The notes beneath the pieces were generated by a model. It was not told the origin of the DNA, searched no databases, and saw nothing but the letters and a program-made list of their open reading frames with translations. Below are positions 9,590-20,201 of a DNA stretch of 64,000 bases, piece after piece. How positions within the stretch are numbered: the stretch's first letter is position 1; each line of letters begins with the position of its first letter. The position numbers and the translations under genes were made by a program. Source of the stretch: a virus (taxonomy: Duplodnaviria; Caudoviricetes); IMG/VR virus record IMGVR_UViG_3300017913_001136, positions 20,908 to 84,907 of that record; one strand, written 5' to 3'.

Positions 9590-10275
9590 TATGGGGTTCC
9601 AGGAGTACTAGATGTAGATAAGAAATAACCTGAAAGAACTACAGTTCCTGTTTCGTTTTTCACTGTAAGAAGTTTCGAGTTTCTAAACTCTACATTATCA
9701 AATGTTAATGTTTGACCGATAATCAAATGATCTATGAATGCGCTATCAATAGTTGCTGAATCAGCATCAATATTTTTAGCAACGACATTCGTGATAGTAG
9801 CACTATCAGTCGTTAAAAATTTTGTGTGAAGGTGATTTACTATCGCTGAATCAATGATTAGGTTAGCACCGTCATCAACGTGGATACGGTTTACATCAAT
9901 CTTATTGAACTTTCCGCTATCTACATCTAACACACCTGTCACAGTAAGATTAGCGATACTGGCACTATCTATTGTAGCACTATCAGCGACTAACATACCT
10001 GCACGAATGATTCTAAATGTACCAGAATCAGCAATAATGTTTTTAAGTAAAAGATTTCCTGTGCTTAATAACGTGTTGATACTGTCTACAGTTTCCCACA
10101 TAAAATTAATTGCGGAAACAATATTAGAGTCGTGAGTTTTACCTGCATTGGAATCATACACTCCAAAATCAGATTCAAGTTCATCGAGATCTCCGATGTA
10201 ATCTGACATCAGGTTCGTTTTAGAAACCCACTGACCTATGGGAGCATTGGTTAATATTTCTTCTTTTCTTGACAT
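9589..10275 (-). CDS. Fibre-like virion protein with DSAT/IDSA repeats
   Basis: N-terminus IGQWVSKTNLMSDYIGDLD shared with next gene; 11 DS dipeptides in 228 aa. Confidence 0.6.
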   Translation of the reverse strand: MSRKEEILTNAPIGQWVSKTNLMSDYIGDLDELESDFGVYDSNAGKTHDSNIVSAINFMWETVDSINTLLSTGNLLLKNIIADSGTFRIIRAGMLVADSATIDSASIANLTVTGVLDVDSGKFNKIDVNRIHVDDGANLIIDSAIVNHLHTKFLTTDSATITNVVAKNIDADSATIDSAFIDHLIIGQTLTFDNVEFRNSKLLTVKNETGTVVLSGYFLSTSSTPGTP

Positions 10276-10278
10276 TTT

Positions 10279-11208
10279 TTACACCACGTCTAATTTATAC
10301 CCACCGAACTGTATAACCCCTGGATCAGAAGGGGAACTTGGTCCACGTGAATCTGTTATTAAGAACTTGCTAACTCCATCATAGGTTGAATCGTCAAATG
10401 TTAAATCCTCTTGAAGATATAGATTATTTATAAGCGCACTGTCAATGGTCGCACTATCACTGGTGATGTTTGTAACCTTCAACAAATGATTAAACTTCGC
10501 AGAATCGATTGTATTAGAAACATTATGAACAAGAGCAAAGTTAATTTTTACAAACCCATCACTATCTGCAGTCAGAGTTTGTATATACCCACTATCATGA
10601 ATCTGTATATGATCGAACAAAGCACTGTCTAAGTCGTATGATGAACTATCGAAATGAGTGGTAACAAGATTGTTAAATGTTGCACCACTATCTACCAAGA
10701 AATCAAATTTGAATGACGAGATAAGATAGTTTGTAGAATCTGGTAACAAGATACTGTTGATGAGTCCAGTAGATCCGATAGAATCGCCACGCTCATAACT
10801 ATCCCGAACGAAAGCATCCGCAGCATAGAAATGAGTGAATACATTTCCTGTCCCACCTGGACTATCATCTAATCTTAATATGTGGAAGGTTGCTGAATCA
10901 ACGAGGAGATTAGCAGTCATCTTCGCTGAACCACCGTTGAACAAACTGGTCAGGAATGTGACCATTGGATTGTAAACGTGATTGACAGCAGTTACAAAAC
11001 TAGAATCTCTGTATCCAGGACGATAGGTATCATATAACCCACTATCAGCAATCTTTTCTAAATAGTAATCGCCATAGTAATTCAGAGGAGTAGTTCTAAT
11101 CTCTGTAACAAAATCATCGAGATCGCCCATGTAGTCAGACATTGTATTCTGACTATCGATCCACTGCTGGATAGTATTATCACTGTCGATATGAATCTTT
11201 CTTGCCAT
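10279..11208 (-). CDS. Fibre-like virion protein, paralogue of 9589-10275
   Basis: IQQWIDSQNTMSDYMGDLD N-terminus; 19 DS dipeptides in 309 aa. Confidence 0.6.
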   Translation of the reverse strand: MARKIHIDSDNTIQQWIDSQNTMSDYMGDLDDFVTEIRTTPLNYYGDYYLEKIADSGLYDTYRPGYRDSSFVTAVNHVYNPMVTFLTSLFNGGSAKMTANLLVDSATFHILRLDDSPGGTGNVFTHFYAADAFVRDSYERGDSIGSTGLINSILLPDSTNYLISSFKFDFLVDSGATFNNLVTTHFDSSSYDLDSALFDHIQIHDSGYIQTLTADSDGFVKINFALVHNVSNTIDSAKFNHLLKVTNITSDSATIDSALINNLYLQEDLTFDDSTYDGVSKFLITDSRGPSSPSDPGVIQFGGYKLDVV

Positions 11209-11411
11209 TACTTCAACCTATCCAGTATTTCCCTCATCATATCTCTTAGTTCACCAACCTGATATTTGATATCTTCGATCTCCTGCTTTTGACTCTTTCG
11301 TAATTTCTTCGAAAGTTTTGCTTTCTCGATCGAAGTTATATCAACATTCAATATAGCATTATTATTTAAATCACGAACAAGAGTGTTGTGATTCTCTACC
11401 TTCGCTTTCAT
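11208..11411 (-). CDS. Conserved small T4-like hypothetical protein with C-terminal coiled coil
   Basis: KVENH..LVRD....AILN motif, following the large structural gene. Confidence 0.6.
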   Translation of the reverse strand: MKAKVENHNTLVRDLNNNAILNVDITSIEKAKLSKKLRKSQKQEIEDIKYQVGELRDMMREILDRLK

Positions 11412-14400
11412 TATACCGCCAGTGCAATAACTCTTAGATCTTTGAATGATGGAACAAGAGCACTGCTCCTAGACTTCATTACGATCTTCAAAATAAATTT
11501 ATCAAACGGATCAACAAAACCTACTGTGTCACCAATAAGATAGGTGTAATCCCTGAACACTGCTGGGTTCTCGTCACTCTGGATTTGCTCTTCCGGAGAA
11601 ATTTCTACCCACTCAAGATCGTCAAAGTTCTGATCTTCGGTTGCGACTTTATAATACAAGTCAAAGTCAGCGACAGAAGGTTTGTTCGCTGAAAGAAGAA
11701 CTTTCACACCAACAGAAGGGGATTCAAGGATAACTGGTTTCACGATATGTTTCGCCAGATGTGAACCACCGTTCGGATCAGTTTCGTCAGCATAATCAAT
11801 AGGAGTGTTTCTATTATTGTTCAACAATACGCCAGGAGAACCTGCTGAATCTTGGAAGTCAATATTATTATGGAACATCCACAACCCAGTTCTCTGCAGA
11901 TCAACAACAGGTGAAAGATCACTATCGGTTGTAGTCAAGTTCAATTTGATAGTTGCTGACTTATCACCGCTCATAGAGTTGGTTTCACGCTCGGAGTTCG
12001 CAAGAACCTTTGGAGTGAGGAAGTAGTTATCTTCGTTCGCTATGATTCTTGTATATGTTCCTGCTTTAGTGTACTGTGTTTCGTTACCTGCATGAGACTT
12101 ACCCTCAGTCAGTTTTGCGTCAACAGTAATATCAGTTCTCTTTGGTATCAATGTTTGAAGGCGAGGACTCAAGATCTCGTAATGAATATTCTGAGTTGCC
12201 AGCGCAGATAGACCACCAAAAGTTGATGAGTCAGTTGCCGAATCGTCAGAAGTAATTGTATAATGATCTTCGTCTACAGCGATAATAGTTCTATTGTTGC
12301 TAATACTTGCACCAGTCATACCATTACCGAATGAACCTGTACTATCTAAACCACTGATTCTTACTGTATCACCAGCAATAAATCCATGATTCGGTTGATT
12401 CACTGTTACAACATTAGAACCTGAATCTACTTCAAATGGGTTCGCAGGAAGCAGGTCAAGAGGAACAGCAGGGTTCTCTAGGATAACTGTTGCCGAAGTG
12501 TTAGGGAACTTCGCTTGAATCAGTTCGAACTTCATGTCTTTGTTCTGAGCAGGATTCCATGTAGAACCATTCTGAGATAAGAACAATGAACCTAGTGTTG
12601 GTTGTTTTGCAATCTTTCTTGCAGTTGAACCTACTTCAAACTGTTCTGTTTCAGCAATGTATACATTATAATCTACTGACTGAGCAAGAAGAACAATAGC
12701 ATAAGTGGTTAAACCACTCAGGAATACTGGTTCATCAAATTCAAACTCAGTTGCTGAAGTAGCATCGTTTGAAGTTGTAACAGAACTTGGTTCTAAGAAC
12801 TTCACTGCTCCTGGAACAGGGATACTATCGGGAACGCCAGCAACCATTGGACGAATCTGTAATTGTACAGGAATATTCGCATCTTTCGTTTTAAAGAAAA
12901 TTTTGACTTTAGTAATGAATACACCGTTTGGTTTATTCACGAAAAATGATTGCGCCAAAGGATCATTTGGATTTGGTTCTGGTGGATTATCATCACCTCC
13001 TGGAGGAGAAGGTGGATTAATCCTAGAACGACCAGTTACTACAGAACGAATTGAAATTTGGCGAGTCGCCTTTACTGTACGATCTACAGTTTCGAGTACA
13101 CCGTTTGCATCAAAGTAACCTTTAGAAAATGATGTAGCATATTCTGCATCACCACCAGTAACATCCATCAATTCAAATGCACGTGTACCAGTTCTAAACC
13201 TGATCGCATCAGTATTAGGAACAAAGAAGTTACCTTCAATCTTACCTGCTGCATTTGAAGTAAGAATTCTGTCAGCAGCATTTGGTGCGTCTGGGTGAGT
13301 TGTTGCTCGGTTATGGCGATTGCCGACTGCTGTAGTGCTTGAACCATGACGTGTGAATGAAGCAGTTGCATCTACCCAATCTGCTACCGATACGCCATCA
13401 AAGAATGGATAGTGGCGAGTATTCGGTTTCAGACCTTGTACACGGAACGACATTTTCACTGAACGCATAAACGGAATCAGCGCAACATCTACAACCTTTT
13501 CGTCAATCACTTCACGAATAGTTTGTTCAGATACAACACGATTAACTCTCGTGACTCTGAAACCACCTTCTGCAGTAGTTCTTGCACCTGTGACATTAGT
13601 ACCAACTGAGATACCACCCCAGTTCCAACCCCAGTTACCAAATAACCGATTGGATTGATTATCAAGACGAGTACCACCGCTCACAACTTTCGTATGGCGA
13701 ACCTTTGTTTCTTTCCAGTGATCTGATGAAGGTGAAAGATCGGTATAACCTTCGTTTGTGATAACGGCAAACGGATTGATGTTTTCAGTTCCGGATGCAA
13801 GATCTTGATTAATGTATGAGGCATGGTTATATGCCATCATTACATTATCACCTTTTAGAATAGTGTTTGTGGATTGAACTGAATCGTAAAGAAGTCTCAG
13901 TTCTTCTTCTGAAAAGATAGGTCTCAAGATTTTATTTTGTGGATCAACAGATGCTCGATATTCGATATTGTTGACATCTGATGACTGATGGTCAATAAAG
14001 TTATCAACCAAGAACCCAGACTTTGTACGATCTAATCCACCAGAGTCTAAGACTGAGAAGTTTTTCAGATCGATTTCTAGTAGACTCAAAGCAGTGACTT
14101 CTTCAAGATTATCAAGACGATCTTCCATACGAGAAAGATCCTTCATTGTAAACCCTTTTGCCTCTACTTTACGCATCTCCATATCACTGTCATGAACTGA
14201 TCCTGGACGCATCTTGATTTGATACAGTTCTAATGCACCTTCTGGTGTTTCAGGGAACTGTGGATTGAAACTTGAGTTTCCTTCAAGATACTGCAGAGGA
14301 TTAGTCGCAATCAATTTATCGTAACGAGGAAGATAATAAGTGACGTCACCAGTGACCAATGAAGTATTAGTCGGCAAAGGATTATATCTTGCAGTTGCTG

Positions 14401-16501
14401 CTGAAAAGTTTGCACCTGTATCATCTTTACGAGAGCGGAAATCGAGATGATCTTTGAGGTCGTAAAGTTGACCTGATTTATCACGATATCTTGGAATATC
14501 TTTGTATGGTGTAGGATATGATGTAGGAGCAAAGAAGTCACCAGAAGAACCGTGCGCATAATAATTAAAGCGAACGAACACATTACCTCCAGGAGCAACC
14601 CTGTTACCTTTCAGAACCAAACGACCTACATCATAGAAGTTATCTCTCTGACCGTTATCAAGAATGAATCTTGCTGAGATATCTTGCCCATCAGAGTCAG
14701 CGATAGTTACACGAGTCACGTTTACAATATCTGCTTTACTCAGTGAGATATATGGCGCACCAGTTGAAGGTGTAGTTACAGTCGCTGTGACTGTGGCATT
14801 AGTAAGAGTCTTTGTTCTTGCTGTGCCTTCTACTGATTTTTTGTAAAGAATCTCAAGTGTAGTTGATGCAGGTCCACCAGATATAGATGCCCCAGTACCG
14901 CCACCAGTTAAGGTAATCGTTGGTGAAATTAATGCACCTGTATCGTTTCTTGAGATTACCCAATCGGTCGTATCAACATATCTTTCAGTACCAGATAGAG
15001 TTGGCAAAGATACGTTACCCGAACCATCAGTCGCTCTTGTGTCTCTACGAAGAACATTGTAAGATACGTTCGCCAGTCCCTGTACACGTGGGTGAGGATA
15101 TTCAAACAAAAGAATATTATTCTGCTTATCCTTAAGAACAGCATTTGAATTTTCTAGGATTGGGTTGGCATAGTTGGTCGCATCTTTACCAAGAGAGCGA
15201 ACTAATCTAAAGTCCTTACCAGCATTCATGCTGATATCCATCAGATAGTAACGAATATTTGGACCATCTTCTTCTACAGATTTAATTCTTGCTGTGCCGA
15301 TAGTGGTTCCGCTGTTACGATATCCGTCTTTCAGGTTGTACTGTTCGAACTCGTCAACATTAGGAACACCGAGTGAACTATCACAAAGAACATAATTACC
15401 GATACCAATAGAAACAACTTCGTTAGTCACTTCTTCTGTATCATCTGCTTTATTTACATCTAGACTTCCGTAACCAGTATATTCGTTTCTGTATCCATTC
15501 AGATAAACAAGTCCAGGAGAAACTCTCAAACTGAATTTGTTAGCAGAGTCTGTTGGGTGCGTCTCATAATTAATCTTAAATGGTTTTTTAATAAAGTCGC
15601 CATTGATTTCTTTAATACGAGTTGCACTAAAATCTTCGATCTTATTATAAGAGTCATCAGCAGATACAACTTCGATAACCTTACCACGCTGGATTTTAGC
15701 ATAGAATACAAAGATCTCGTCTGAGTCTACTTCTGACTCAAGAGCAAGAGTCATATCAATGCGAAGTCTATCCGCTCCAGGAGCAGTCAGGTTAGGATTC
15801 GCACCTTGATTATCATATAATCTATTGTCATCATCAACGGTAAAGATTCTTTGTTGTACACGGAAACCTACATTGATATTCGGAACACTAGAATATTTGT
15901 CAAGAATAATGCTTTGTGCGTCTGCTTGTACAAAGTGACCCTGCGTAAAGAACACCCCAGTATTGGTAGATGCACGTGTACCTGTACCAACAGCAGGATT
16001 TGCGTTTGTATTTGTTAATTGTACTGTAAGAGTTTTAACATTGTTTGTAAGATTTTCGCCAGGAGTAAATCTAATCGGAGTAGTTGCTCCAGCAACACCT
16101 GAAGTTGTGTTTGTATATTTAACGAATAGAGTAGCAGGATCAGATCCGGAAGCAGCAACGACTTCTAGAACTTCCGCTTGAATGCTTGAAGTTGCTCCTG
16201 TGATTGTAACCCCTTCGAGGGAAGTGATTACTGAAGGAAGGGTGTTAGATGATGTATCAAGTTTGATAAACTCGTACTTGTTATCAACGGTAATACCGCC
16301 ACCAACTACCGCAGCACCTTCTTTAAAAATGTTTGTACCAAAACGCTCAATCTCTTTTTGGATAATGGTTTGCATCTGTGTAAGTTCACGTGCCTGCAAA
16401 ACCTTTCCGCTGTTAAAGAGAATTCTATGATAGTGATCACTATCTCGGAAGTCGTCTTTGTAGGTGGTTTGAAATAATGTTTTGGTAAGATTATTTGCCA
16501 T
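11411..16501 (-). CDS. Large virion structural protein (DUF4815-like)
   Basis: DDF....YHRILFNSGKVLQARELTQMQTIIQ N-terminus, TGFLVDNF, PLAQSFFV, W...Q..DMKF; C-terminal VPSFKDLRVIALAV. Confidence 0.8.
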   Translation of the reverse strand: MANNLTKTLFQTTYKDDFRDSDHYHRILFNSGKVLQARELTQMQTIIQKEIERFGTNIFKEGAAVVGGGITVDNKYEFIKLDTSSNTLPSVITSLEGVTITGATSSIQAEVLEVVAASGSDPATLFVKYTNTTSGVAGATTPIRFTPGENLTNNVKTLTVQLTNTNANPAVGTGTRASTNTGVFFTQGHFVQADAQSIILDKYSSVPNINVGFRVQQRIFTVDDDNRLYDNQGANPNLTAPGADRLRIDMTLALESEVDSDEIFVFYAKIQRGKVIEVVSADDSYNKIEDFSATRIKEINGDFIKKPFKINYETHPTDSANKFSLRVSPGLVYLNGYRNEYTGYGSLDVNKADDTEEVTNEVVSIGIGNYVLCDSSLGVPNVDEFEQYNLKDGYRNSGTTIGTARIKSVEEDGPNIRYYLMDISMNAGKDFRLVRSLGKDATNYANPILENSNAVLKDKQNNILLFEYPHPRVQGLANVSYNVLRRDTRATDGSGNVSLPTLSGTERYVDTTDWVISRNDTGALISPTITLTGGGTGASISGGPASTTLEILYKKSVEGTARTKTLTNATVTATVTTPSTGAPYISLSKADIVNVTRVTIADSDGQDISARFILDNGQRDNFYDVGRLVLKGNRVAPGGNVFVRFNYYAHGSSGDFFAPTSYPTPYKDIPRYRDKSGQLYDLKDHLDFRSRKDDTGANFSAATARYNPLPTNTSLVTGDVTYYLPRYDKLIATNPLQYLEGNSSFNPQFPETPEGALELYQIKMRPGSVHDSDMEMRKVEAKGFTMKDLSRMEDRLDNLEEVTALSLLEIDLKNFSVLDSGGLDRTKSGFLVDNFIDHQSSDVNNIEYRASVDPQNKILRPIFSEEELRLLYDSVQSTNTILKGDNVMMAYNHASYINQDLASGTENINPFAVITNEGYTDLSPSSDHWKETKVRHTKVVSGGTRLDNQSNRLFGNWGWNWGGISVGTNVTGARTTAEGGFRVTRVNRVVSEQTIREVIDEKVVDVALIPFMRSVKMSFRVQGLKPNTRHYPFFDGVSVADWVDATASFTRHGSSTTAVGNRHNRATTHPDAPNAADRILTSNAAGKIEGNFFVPNTDAIRFRTGTRAFELMDVTGGDAEYATSFSKGYFDANGVLETVDRTVKATRQISIRSVVTGRSRINPPSPPGGDDNPPEPNPNDPLAQSFFVNKPNGVFITKVKIFFKTKDANIPVQLQIRPMVAGVPDSIPVPGAVKFLEPSSVTTSNDATSATEFEFDEPVFLSGLTTYAIVLLAQSVDYNVYIAETEQFEVGSTARKIAKQPTLGSLFLSQNGSTWNPAQNKDMKFELIQAKFPNTSATVILENPAVPLDLLPANPFEVDSGSNVVTVNQPNHGFIAGDTVRISGLDSTGSFGNGMTGASISNNRTIIAVDEDHYTITSDDSATDSSTFGGLSALATQNIHYEILSPRLQTLIPKRTDITVDAKLTEGKSHAGNETQYTKAGTYTRIIANEDNYFLTPKVLANSERETNSMSGDKSATIKLNLTTTDSDLSPVVDLQRTGLWMFHNNIDFQDSAGSPGVLLNNNRNTPIDYADETDPNGGSHLAKHIVKPVILESPSVGVKVLLSANKPSVADFDLYYKVATEDQNFDDLEWVEISPEEQIQSDENPAVFRDYTYLIGDTVGFVDPFDKFILKIVMKSRSSALVPSFKDLRVIALAV

Positions 16502-16511
16502 CTTCTATTCC

Positions 16512-17861
16512 TTAGAACGATATAATTATTTTTACGTCTTCAGTTTGTGTCGCATCTCTTAGCACTGCTGCACGATTATCTATATACAGAATATCGCCTG
16601 TTTCTACATCGTACTTCGGCGAGATCAATGCTGAATCGATAACACCATCACCAGCACCATTAGTTTCTTGAACAACTTCACCGTCCTGGAAGGCGATATG
16701 CCCTGTACTGTCAGTTTGATGGTAGAAAATTTCATTAGAGTCTATGTGGTCAACGAAAGCAACCGCACCTGAAGTCTGACCCTCAATTTTCTTATCTTTT
16801 GTAAATGCTGTAACAATACTGCTCAGAGTCATTTTGTCGAGCGCATTACCAGTCAAATCAGTAAAGTATGCGCCATTCTGTTGACGTGGATCTCTCCACA
16901 ACGAAACCTGACGGAAGTCCTGACCAACAATTAAATCACTATCATCTGGATCTAACTGTGAGTGGAACATAACAGCAGTAGACCTTAGATCATCTCTAGC
17001 ATCACGACCGATACCAGAATCAGCAGTAACAACCGCACGTGCTGTTGCTCCTGCACCACCACCACCAGTGATGGTAATAACAGGAGTATTGAAATATCCT
17101 GATCCATGACTTAGAGTAGAACTATCTGGATCCATAGTAATATGTGTCACAATACCAAGTGCTGAATCAATGAATGCTGATGCCGCAGCACCACTACCTG
17201 ACTGACCTGTGATTGATACTGTAGGACGTGATGTATAACCTGAACCACCATCTGTCAACACAATACTAGAAATCATTGCTTGCTTAGTATTGTTCTGAAC
17301 TGATTCGTGACGCAACTCAATGCCAGTAGAGTTGGAGTCAGTTACACCCTGCTTTTTAACAGGCATAAAGTTCGATGACATAAATTGGTTTGCATCAGAT
17401 GCTGATATAGTGTACAAGAACTTCCAAACATAACCATCACCAAGACGGAATGAGTTATCATTTGAAGAAGTCGGTTCTACAGTAGAAGTAACAATATTCC
17501 CGTCATCATCTCTACCTACTTCAAGGCAAACATAAACCTGATTGTTGTCTGTCTTTACATAGTATGGATTGGTCGGATATCCTGCTACCAGATCATCGTA
17601 TGCTGAGTAGATTGTACCGCTAATCCAGTTGTTACGAGGAACAACCTGTGAAACTGCCTGAACCTTTTTGACAGAAATAAGTTGATCACGAACTTGACGA
17701 ATATCGAGAATGGTATCTTCTGGAACAGGAACATGGTCATTTGAGTCCCACTGTTCTGGTCTACCGATACCCACATAATAATTATTGCTATTCAGGTTGA
17801 AACCGTCGAAGAAGTTTCTCGCCAATATCTTTCTGAGTGCTCTTGTAATAATTGCTGGCAT
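16512..17861 (-). CDS. gp8: Baseplate wedge subunit gp8
   Basis: YYVGIGRPEQW, VYVCL, DGYVWKFLYTIS, FMPV, DFRQVSL, GDILYIDNR..EDVKIIISF. Confidence 0.85.
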   Translation of the reverse strand: MPAIITRALRKILARNFFDGFNLNSNNYYVGIGRPEQWDSNDHVPVPEDTILDIRQVRDQLISVKKVQAVSQVVPRNNWISGTIYSAYDDLVAGYPTNPYYVKTDNNQVYVCLEVGRDDDGNIVTSTVEPTSSNDNSFRLGDGYVWKFLYTISASDANQFMSSNFMPVKKQGVTDSNSTGIELRHESVQNNTKQAMISSIVLTDGGSGYTSRPTVSITGQSGSGAAASAFIDSALGIVTHITMDPDSSTLSHGSGYFNTPVITITGGGGAGATARAVVTADSGIGRDARDDLRSTAVMFHSQLDPDDSDLIVGQDFRQVSLWRDPRQQNGAYFTDLTGNALDKMTLSSIVTAFTKDKKIEGQTSGAVAFVDHIDSNEIFYHQTDSTGHIAFQDGEVVQETNGAGDGVIDSALISPKYDVETGDILYIDNRAAVLRDATQTEDVKIIISF

Positions 17862-17873
17862 TTTATTTTCCTA

Positions 17874-20201
17874 TTATACTGAATCTGTCATTGGTATCCA
17901 ATCGTATCCGTTATAGAATACGAGGTATGGTTTTCCTGCTGATCTGCTATCTGGGTTGAAGTTTACCCCATCGGCATGTGCAATCTGACCTGCTCGTTTA
18001 CCAAGTCCACCTGTGCTTGCTGAATCTGGTTCTGCATCCATTGGTTTTAAGTAAAGAACATCATTGAACTGTCTTACTGAACCAACCGCATAACCAGCAA
18101 AACCATCTTCGCCTTGTCCTACATAGTAAGTTCTACCTGTCATATCATTGTGGAAGAATCTTCCTGGATCGTCAGCAAGTGAAATATCGCTATCAACACC
18201 CCACTGAGTATTTGATGCGTCGTACGTGTATATATCGCCACCAAAGTTGTCAGTTTCTGTACCATTGAAGTGGATCAGTTTCACTGGAGTTGTTGGGGTG
18301 AAAGTATTATTTGAGAACGTTGCAGCATCCTGACTTTGAGCAACATAACCATATCGAGTTTTACCAACAAACCTTTGTGTTCTCGAATCGGATGACAAGT
18401 CAAAGGTAAGTTCTGTTCCTGTATCTAGAGTTGTACTTGGTTGCTGAGAAGTTGTAAAGGTCAGATCTTTACCACGCTTCTCTACAAGAACTTTAGTCTG
18501 ACCTGTAACATCCCAGTTGTTATTTGCGCCAGAAACGGTGATAGTGCTCGCTCCATCAACGAGGACTGCCTGATCTGATTGACCGTAGTTATAAACAAGA
18601 CCATATGTCGAAGTGGATAGTACACCGCCACCTGTTCTGTATACTGTAAGTGAATATTCTGAATCTACTGAAGGTCTATCGTATCCTACAAGCAAACCAA
18701 TAAAATCATCGTCAGCAACAGTAGAAGAAAGTGTTGCTTCATGGTCGAAATCTTTAAACTTATCCTTAGAAACAAAACCAATAAATGTGCTACTGTTTAC
18801 TGTACTGCTGATAGTATCAGTTCCAGAGTTATATGACCAAGAGTTTGCTTCTGACTGATTAGCAGGGAATGTTCCTGAAGTATCGTGTGATATCTTTCTC
18901 CAAGTATTGAAGATATCAGAGTTAGTTGGTCTATCTAATTTACCTTCTTCCATATCAGCAGAATCATCAAAGAACTTATCGCTGACCTCTAAGATTGTTT
19001 TCGTTGATAGAGTATTAGTACCATCACCCGAAATAATAGTCAGGTCACCAGCATTACCTGCTGGAACAAAACGATTGAACGCACTATCGTCTAACTCTTT
19101 TGCTGAATCTTGCGTGACCGTACCGAAAGCAACGATCCGACCATCAACCTGTGATTGCGTAAGACCGCCACCCAAGTTGATTTCTGAACCGCCATTATCT
19201 TCTACTCTAATTCCTGTACCACCACCAGTTGCTTTTAGTCTTACACCACCGAGATTAATAGTAGAACCTGAAAGGTATAAGTCACGCCATTTGAAGTTTG
19301 AATCACCAAGATCAAATGCGCTATCTACTGCTGGAATGAAAGAACTCTGTAAAGAAAGAACAGGATATCCGTTCACTCCACCTAATCTTAATCTAGCACT
19401 ATCATTCGTATCTTGGTTAGTAATTTTGAAAAGTTTTACATTTTCTAACAGGAGTGTATTCGTACCACCAGGAGCATATGTAAATTTAGCACTATCAATA
19501 TGAAGTTCTCTATCAATAAAAGCATCCCGAAACCCTTGTGTCGCCGTTCCGAGGTTGATATTATTTGCTCCTGGATTTAAACTGAAATTTAAATCGCCAA
19601 AGTTTGATTCGAGAATGCTTTGAACTTTACCAGAGTCTACAATACCAAGAGCAAGAACATAAGACTGGTTTACTATCCTGTCAATTTCATATCCAACATG
19701 AGTTGAATCAAGACCTGCTGGGTCTTGTCTTGCCTGTACATATGCTGCATCTACAAGTCCAATAACACCAAGAGAATCAATAGCATGCTCATTGATAAGA
19801 GCAATTGTTTGTGTAGAATCTAAGTGAGTTCCAATAAGATCTAGAACACCTTGTGAATCAAACGCAGCACCAACATCTGTTAGCAGGGCAAGTCTACCGC
19901 TAGAGTCTGGCAATGTAATGATATTATCTTTTGATGGTTCTTGTGCTTTTAAATATGTTTCGTTATTATCAGCAGGAACTGAATTAGCACTGTCCTCACC
20001 AATAAACACAACCGCACGTTGGTCAAACGAGATTCCTTCGAGGTTTAATCCACCTGCAGAATCCGCCACCAGTAATTGCATCGCTGCAACATCTTGATAC
20101 AGTTCTGCGAAGTTATCATTTATTTTTTGACCGCCAGAGCGGAGGGTGTCCCCTGTTCCGTCATTACCTGCGGATCCTATAAAGATTTCTTTTCTTGCCA
20201 T
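17874..20201 (-). CDS. gp9/gp10-like baseplate wedge/tail-fibre connector with long C-terminal extension
   Basis: IFIGSAGNDGTGDTLRSGGQKINDNFAELY is the gp9/gp10 N-terminal signature. Confidence 0.75.
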   Translation of the reverse strand: MARKEIFIGSAGNDGTGDTLRSGGQKINDNFAELYQDVAAMQLLVADSAGGLNLEGISFDQRAVVFIGEDSANSVPADNNETYLKAQEPSKDNIITLPDSSGRLALLTDVGAAFDSQGVLDLIGTHLDSTQTIALINEHAIDSLGVIGLVDAAYVQARQDPAGLDSTHVGYEIDRIVNQSYVLALGIVDSGKVQSILESNFGDLNFSLNPGANNINLGTATQGFRDAFIDRELHIDSAKFTYAPGGTNTLLLENVKLFKITNQDTNDSARLRLGGVNGYPVLSLQSSFIPAVDSAFDLGDSNFKWRDLYLSGSTINLGGVRLKATGGGTGIRVEDNGGSEINLGGGLTQSQVDGRIVAFGTVTQDSAKELDDSAFNRFVPAGNAGDLTIISGDGTNTLSTKTILEVSDKFFDDSADMEEGKLDRPTNSDIFNTWRKISHDTSGTFPANQSEANSWSYNSGTDTISSTVNSSTFIGFVSKDKFKDFDHEATLSSTVADDDFIGLLVGYDRPSVDSEYSLTVYRTGGGVLSTSTYGLVYNYGQSDQAVLVDGASTITVSGANNNWDVTGQTKVLVEKRGKDLTFTTSQQPSTTLDTGTELTFDLSSDSRTQRFVGKTRYGYVAQSQDAATFSNNTFTPTTPVKLIHFNGTETDNFGGDIYTYDASNTQWGVDSDISLADDPGRFFHNDMTGRTYYVGQGEDGFAGYAVGSVRQFNDVLYLKPMDAEPDSASTGGLGKRAGQIAHADGVNFNPDSRSAGKPYLVFYNGYDWIPMTDSV

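Noticed and set aside
1-20201. DS motifs as substrates of the host Bacteroidota O-glycosylation system
   Set aside because: That system acts on exported proteins, whereas virions assemble in the cytoplasm. The strong GAGGAG Shine-Dalgarno use argues against a Bacteroidota host, and the +1 residues (G, S, D, N) often violate that sequon.
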